DNA of 63,999 nucleotides, filler included, from Octopus bimaculoides (taxonomy: Eukaryota): assembly GCF_001194135.2 (NCBI RefSeq). It is 5 parts of 5 records of this genome, joined end to end, with 100 filler letters (N's around TTAATTAATTAA, not from the genome) between each part and the next. Parts side by side here need not be neighbours in the genome. Positions count along the whole stretch, not along the records: positions 57,941 to 61,857 come from NC_068984.1; positions 61,958 to 63,999 come from NC_068987.1; 3 more parts are not named here. The stretch is one strand, 5' to 3'. How positions within the stretch are numbered: position 1 is the first letter of the stretch; the number at the start of each line of letters is the position of its first letter. Below, piece after piece: positions 59,865 to 63,999 of the stretch. Made by a program: the position numbers and the translations under genes. The notes below the pieces were generated by a model. It was not told the origin of the DNA. It made no database searches and was given only the letters and a program-made list of their open reading frames with translations.

Positions 59865-61112
59865 AACATAAATTCCAGATCTCAGAATATAGAATTGATT
59901 TGAGAGATTTAATTACTATTTCTATGCAGGCGAACGACCATGCTCAAGTCATTTTTCCCCTTTCATCTGGACGTTGTCGCAGTGGTAATGATCATAACAT
60001 TAACGATGATTGATCAATTGTTGTTATTAGTGATGTAGACATCGCTTCTCCGAGTGTCCTGTATATGTGTCGCCCTAACCAACCATCACGATCTTGCTGT
60101 CTTCTTTTTATCTCTTGTCTTTTCTACTGCTGCTTTTTCTCGAGACTTTCATAACACATGTTGCTGTTGTACATATTGTTATTGTTGTTGTTGGCGCAGT
60201 TGCAGTTAGTTGTACATAAACTGTGCGTACCAAGGATGAGTTCAGGTGAGTGTAAGTATAGCTTTAAACAATGTAATCTGTGAAAGTGTATAATATCATT
60301 CAAAACGACCTTGGATGTGAGTTCACAGCGTACAGGTATTATGTATTAAACATACATACATATGATAAATGCATATACATATACATACATACATACATAT
60401 ANNNNNNNNNNNNNNNNNNNNNNNNNNNNNNNNNNNNNNNNNNNNNNNNNNNNNNNNNNNNNNNNNNNNNNNNNNNNNNNNNNNNNNNNNNNNNNNNNNN
60501 NNNNNNNNNNNNNNNNNNNNNNNNNNNNNNNNNNNNNNNNNNNNNNNNNNNNNNNNNNNNNNNNNNNNNNNNNNNNNNNNNNNNNNNNNNNNNNNNNNNN
60601 NNNNNNNNNNNNNNNNNNNNNNNNNNNNNNNNNNNNNNNNNNNNNNNNNNNNNNNNNNNNNNNNNNNNNNNNNNNNNNNNNNNNNNNNNNNNNNNNNNNN
60701 NNNNNNNNNNNNNNNNNNNNNNNNNNNNNNNNNNNNNNNNNNNNNNNNNNNNNNNNNNNNNNNNNNNNNNNNNNNNNNNNNNNNNNNNNNNNNNNNNNNN
60801 NNNNNNNNNNNNNNNNNNNNNNNNNNNNNNNNNNNNNNNNNNNNNNNNNNNNNNNNNNNNNNNNNNNNNNNNNNNNNNNNNNNNNNNNNNNNNNNNNNNN
60901 NNNNNNNNNNTATGTGTATTTCTTCTAACTTGATGAATAAAAATTCTTCTGATAGAATAAATGGGTTAATAGAAACCAATGTAGCAAAGAACACAAAATA
61001 ACTGTGGTTTAGTTCCTGTTTTTAAGGCAGGAACTCCTTGAAATTTTGGGTATTTGAGTATATTTAAGAATTTAAGGAATGGAGAAAACGCATGTTATAA
61101 TTGCATACTTTA

Positions 61113-61196
61113 TTCCTACATATGTTTCAAAGGATTACAACCTGTGTGATCCATAGGGATCTTTGATATTAAAATTGTAACCTTCTCATCAGGGAA
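61113..61196 (-). ncRNA. Type I hammerhead ribozyme candidate, essentially intact
   Basis: Minus strand TTCC-CTGATGA-GAAGG-TTACAA..GATCC-CTAT-GGATC..TTGTAA-T-CCTTT-GAAA-C-ATAT-G-TA-GGAA. All core residues are present, stem I has 4 bp, stem II is long (G.U closing pair), the stem III loop is palindromic, and GUA cleavage is predicted between 61117 and 61116. Confidence 0.72.
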
Positions 61197-61857
61197 AGTA
61201 ACGGGAACTAACGGAAACTAACGGAAACTAACGGAAAGTAACGGGAAATAACGGCACATATGGGGAGCCCTATGGCACACTTACGAGTGTGGAACATCCT
61301 TGGCGGCACATATGGGGAGTATTGGAAACTAACGAAAAGTAACCGAAACTAAGGGAAACTAAGGGAAACTAAGGGAAACTAAGGGAAACTAACGGAAAGT
61401 AACGGGAACTAACGGAAACTAACGGAAACTAACGGGAACTAACGGAAACTAACGGAAACTAACGGAAAGTAACGGGAACTAACGGCACATATGGGGAGCC
61501 CAATGGCACACTTACAAGGGTGACACATCCTGGGTGGCACATATGGGGAGCCCTATGGCACACTTACGAGGGTGGCACATCATAAACGGCACATATGGGG
61601 AGCCCTATGGCACATTTACGAGGGTGGCACATGCTGGGTGGGACATATGGGGAGCTCTATGGCACACTTACGAGGGTGGCACATCCTGGGCGGCACATAT
61701 AGGGAGCCCTATGGCACACTTCCGAGGGTGGCACATCCTGAGCGGCACATATGGGGAGCCCTATGGCACACTTACGAGGGTGGCACATCCTGGGCGGCAC
61801 ATATGGGATGGCACACTTACGAGGGTGGCACATACTGAGCGGCACATATAGGGAGCC
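61193..61857. repeat. Composite satellite: blocks of a 10-mer (AACGGAAACT) interleaved with a 52-mer (GGCACATATGGGGAGCCCTATGGCACACTTACGAGGGTGGCACATCCTGGGC)
   Basis: 10-mer block 61193-61254, one 52-mer, 10-mer block about 61321-61484, then about 7 52-mers to the join. The 52-aa periodicity of ORF 61534-61851 equals three units. Confidence 0.95.
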
Positions 61858-61957
61858 NNNNNNNNNNNNNNNNNNNNNNNNNNNNNNNNNNNNNNNNNNN
61901 NTTAATTAATTAANNNNNNNNNNNNNNNNNNNNNNNNNNNNNNNNNNNNNNNNNNNN
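61858..61957. other. Synthetic assembly join
   Basis: 44 N + TTAATTAATTAA (61902-61913) + 44 N. Confidence 0.95.
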
Positions 61958-62013
<56 letters not shown>

Positions 62014-62132
62014 GTGTGAATGTATATGTATTCATGCATGTATACAGTGATTGGTATGGTTTGATGCAGGAAAAATTAGTGCCAAACTAGTTTTGTGAAA
62101 GGGAAATAATAATAATAATAATAATAATAATG

Positions 62133-62200
<68 letters not shown>

Positions 62201-62209
62201 TTTATTGCT

Positions 62210-62412
62210 GGCACAAGTCCTAAAATAGTAGAGGAAGAGGAAGTCGATTACGTCGACCCCGTTGCTCCACTGGTACTTATTTTATCGACCCCGAAAAGAT
62301 GAAAGGCAAAGTTGACCTCGCAAAAATTTGAACTTCGAAACATAATGAGTTGGAAGAAGTGCCACTAAGCAATTTGACTGACGCGCTAACCATTCTCTCA
62401 GCTCACCGCCTT
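62210..62412 (-). mobile_element. SINE family C
   Basis: GGTACTTATTTTATCGACCCCGAAAAGATGAAAGGCAAAGTTGACCTCG..TCAGCTCACCGCCTT. Confidence 0.88.
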
Positions 62413-62718
62413 CCTCTCTTCAATAATACATAGAATACCAGACCCCATTCAATTGTCTTCAATGGCTTCAATTTAGGAAATTATTTCTGCTTAATGTCAT
62501 CGGTTTAACCTATGGTGAGATCGTGATATCCTAATTTATTAGGTGGGAAGTGGGGTGGAGGGCGAGAACTGATGTTAAGGAGATATTAATTAGATTTTTA
62601 CGTCATGTCAGTGTAAAATTCTTCAACTTTTTCTAATGGCATAATTTTTCATCATTCCTCTTTGTGATTCAGGGACACGCGTGTGTGTATGTGTGTATGT
62701 TTGTGTTTGTGTGTATGC

Positions 62719-62781
<63 letters not shown>

Positions 62782-63595
62782 CGATAGATTGTTTTCAATG
62801 TCATGTGCGTGAATATAAATGTATGAATATAAATACGTCCTTTCATAGTGTAAATATTGACGGTATAATCAGTCAATCTCTATTGCCTATTCAAGTGCGT
62901 ATGTGGCGTGTGTGCGCATGTACATACGTATGTGTATACGCGCACACGTGTATGTCTATGCATATGCATGCGTATGTGTAGGTGTGTGTGAATTTGTGAT
63001 GGAGTGTGCGTGCGGGTATAGATATCCATGAGTAAGAATGCTCTCATCAATCTTGTTTATTTATAAGCAGAAACGGGTTGTGTTTATGCATCTATAATAA
63101 TAGTTTACTTTTTGAAAATAAACATGTGTGTATATACGCGTGTATATGCATGCACACACGCGTATACTTGCCTGTGATAGACTGTGAGTGTGTGTGTTTG
63201 TGTGACAGTGTGTCAATGTATGTACATATGTATATACACAGTGGCACTTTCAGTTAACTGTTTACATGTCTAAATATGTATGTGTATATGTTTATCCAGA
63301 CCAACATTGATATTTACAATCGCTAAACCTAGCTTTATATATTAACTTTCCAGACAAAATGTCTGCTGCTATCAAAATATTACCGGGTGTTAACACGGCT
63401 TTTTATATCATGTATTTGTGAACAATAGCGTCTTGGTTATAGGTTACCAAAGGATCAATCATTATTTCACGACATTTTCGTTTTGTTGGTCATTTGCATG
63501 ATGGAGCAGATACAATTAAATTAATTAATTCTATAAAACGAATGCTTTAATAGTTGCCAGCTATAGTATAAAATTTTTTCATTTTTAAAATTTGC

Positions 63596-63920
63596 TTAGC
63601 TTGCTTTGCAACTACGTGGTTCGGAGTTCAGTCCCATTATGCAGCACATTGGGCAAGAGTCTTCGACTATAGCTCCTTGCCGGCCACGAGCGTAGCTATG
63701 GAGGTGACTGTAGGGGCGGTCCACCCCGGGCGGCACTTCTAAAAGAGCACCACTTTTGGGTCTGCTGTAAGCAATATGTGTTTCTTGTAGAGTCCGGAGG
63801 CGGCAAATGGAAGGGCCGCTCTGGGCGGCATACACTGTAGCTACGCTAGTGGTGCCGACTAATGCATTATAAAGTGAATTTGGTAGACGGAAACTGTGTG
63901 GAAACCCGTCATAGATAAAT
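63596..63920 (+). mobile_element. SINE family A head split by a MITE insertion
   Basis: ..GGGCAAGAGTCTTCGACTATAGCTCCTTGCCGGC[insert]GTGCCGACTAATGC..GAATTTGGTAGACGGAAACTG. Confidence 0.8.
63685..63851. mobile_element. hAT-type MITE (167 bp) with 8-bp target duplication
   Basis: TIRs CACGAGCGTAGCTA / TAGCTACGCTAGTG. Flanks TTGCCGGC (63677-63684) and GTGCCGAC (63852-63859) match at 6 of 8 positions. There are internal repeated GGGCGGCA motifs. Confidence 0.8.
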
Positions 63921-63999
63921 GTATGTGTGTGTGTGTGTGTGTGTGAGTGTGTGTGTGTGTGAGTGTGTGTGTGTGTGTGTGCGTGTGTGTGTGTGTGTG

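Noticed and set aside
61490-61857. 52-bp repeats as a CRISPR array or repeat-protein gene (ORFs 61534-61851, 61572-61838)
   Set aside because: The units are contiguous with no unique spacers, there are no cas genes and the context is eukaryotic. The unit length is not a multiple of 3 and several frames are open, as expected for a GC-rich satellite.

Overview
This is repeat-saturated, AT-rich, non-coding animal DNA. The SINE, LINE and microsatellite make-up resembles an octopod (Octopus-like) genome; that attribution is inferred, not verified. I found no intact host gene, rRNA, true tRNA gene or CRISPR array, and almost all listed ORFs are microsatellite or N-gap artefacts. Four synthetic 100-bp joins (44 N + TTAATTAATTAA + 44 N) split the window into five segments whose adjacency is not proven. 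Recognisable content includes decayed mariner, DD37D and pogo/Tigger transposases; mariner and hAT MITEs; RTE, CR1/L2 and Penelope (GIY-YIG) fragments; and several tRNA-derived SINE families. The most notable structures are as follows. (1) A dispersed set of type I hammerhead-ribozyme-like motifs. One looks essentially intact (61113-61196, minus strand) and abuts a composite satellite, and several lie inside 190-740 bp foldback elements. (2) A 6.7-kb same-strand stack of five R4/Dong-type restriction-like-endonuclease retrotransposon pieces, mostly separated by (TAA)n tracts, plus a non-coding retroposon that uses the same (AAT)n niche. (3) A 1.1-kb miniature LTR element with a tRNA-Leu primer-binding site. 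(4) A CR1-type LINE 3' end sharing a stem-loop tail with the commonest SINE. (5) A (CCCTAA)n/(TTAGGG)n palindrome beside a gap.
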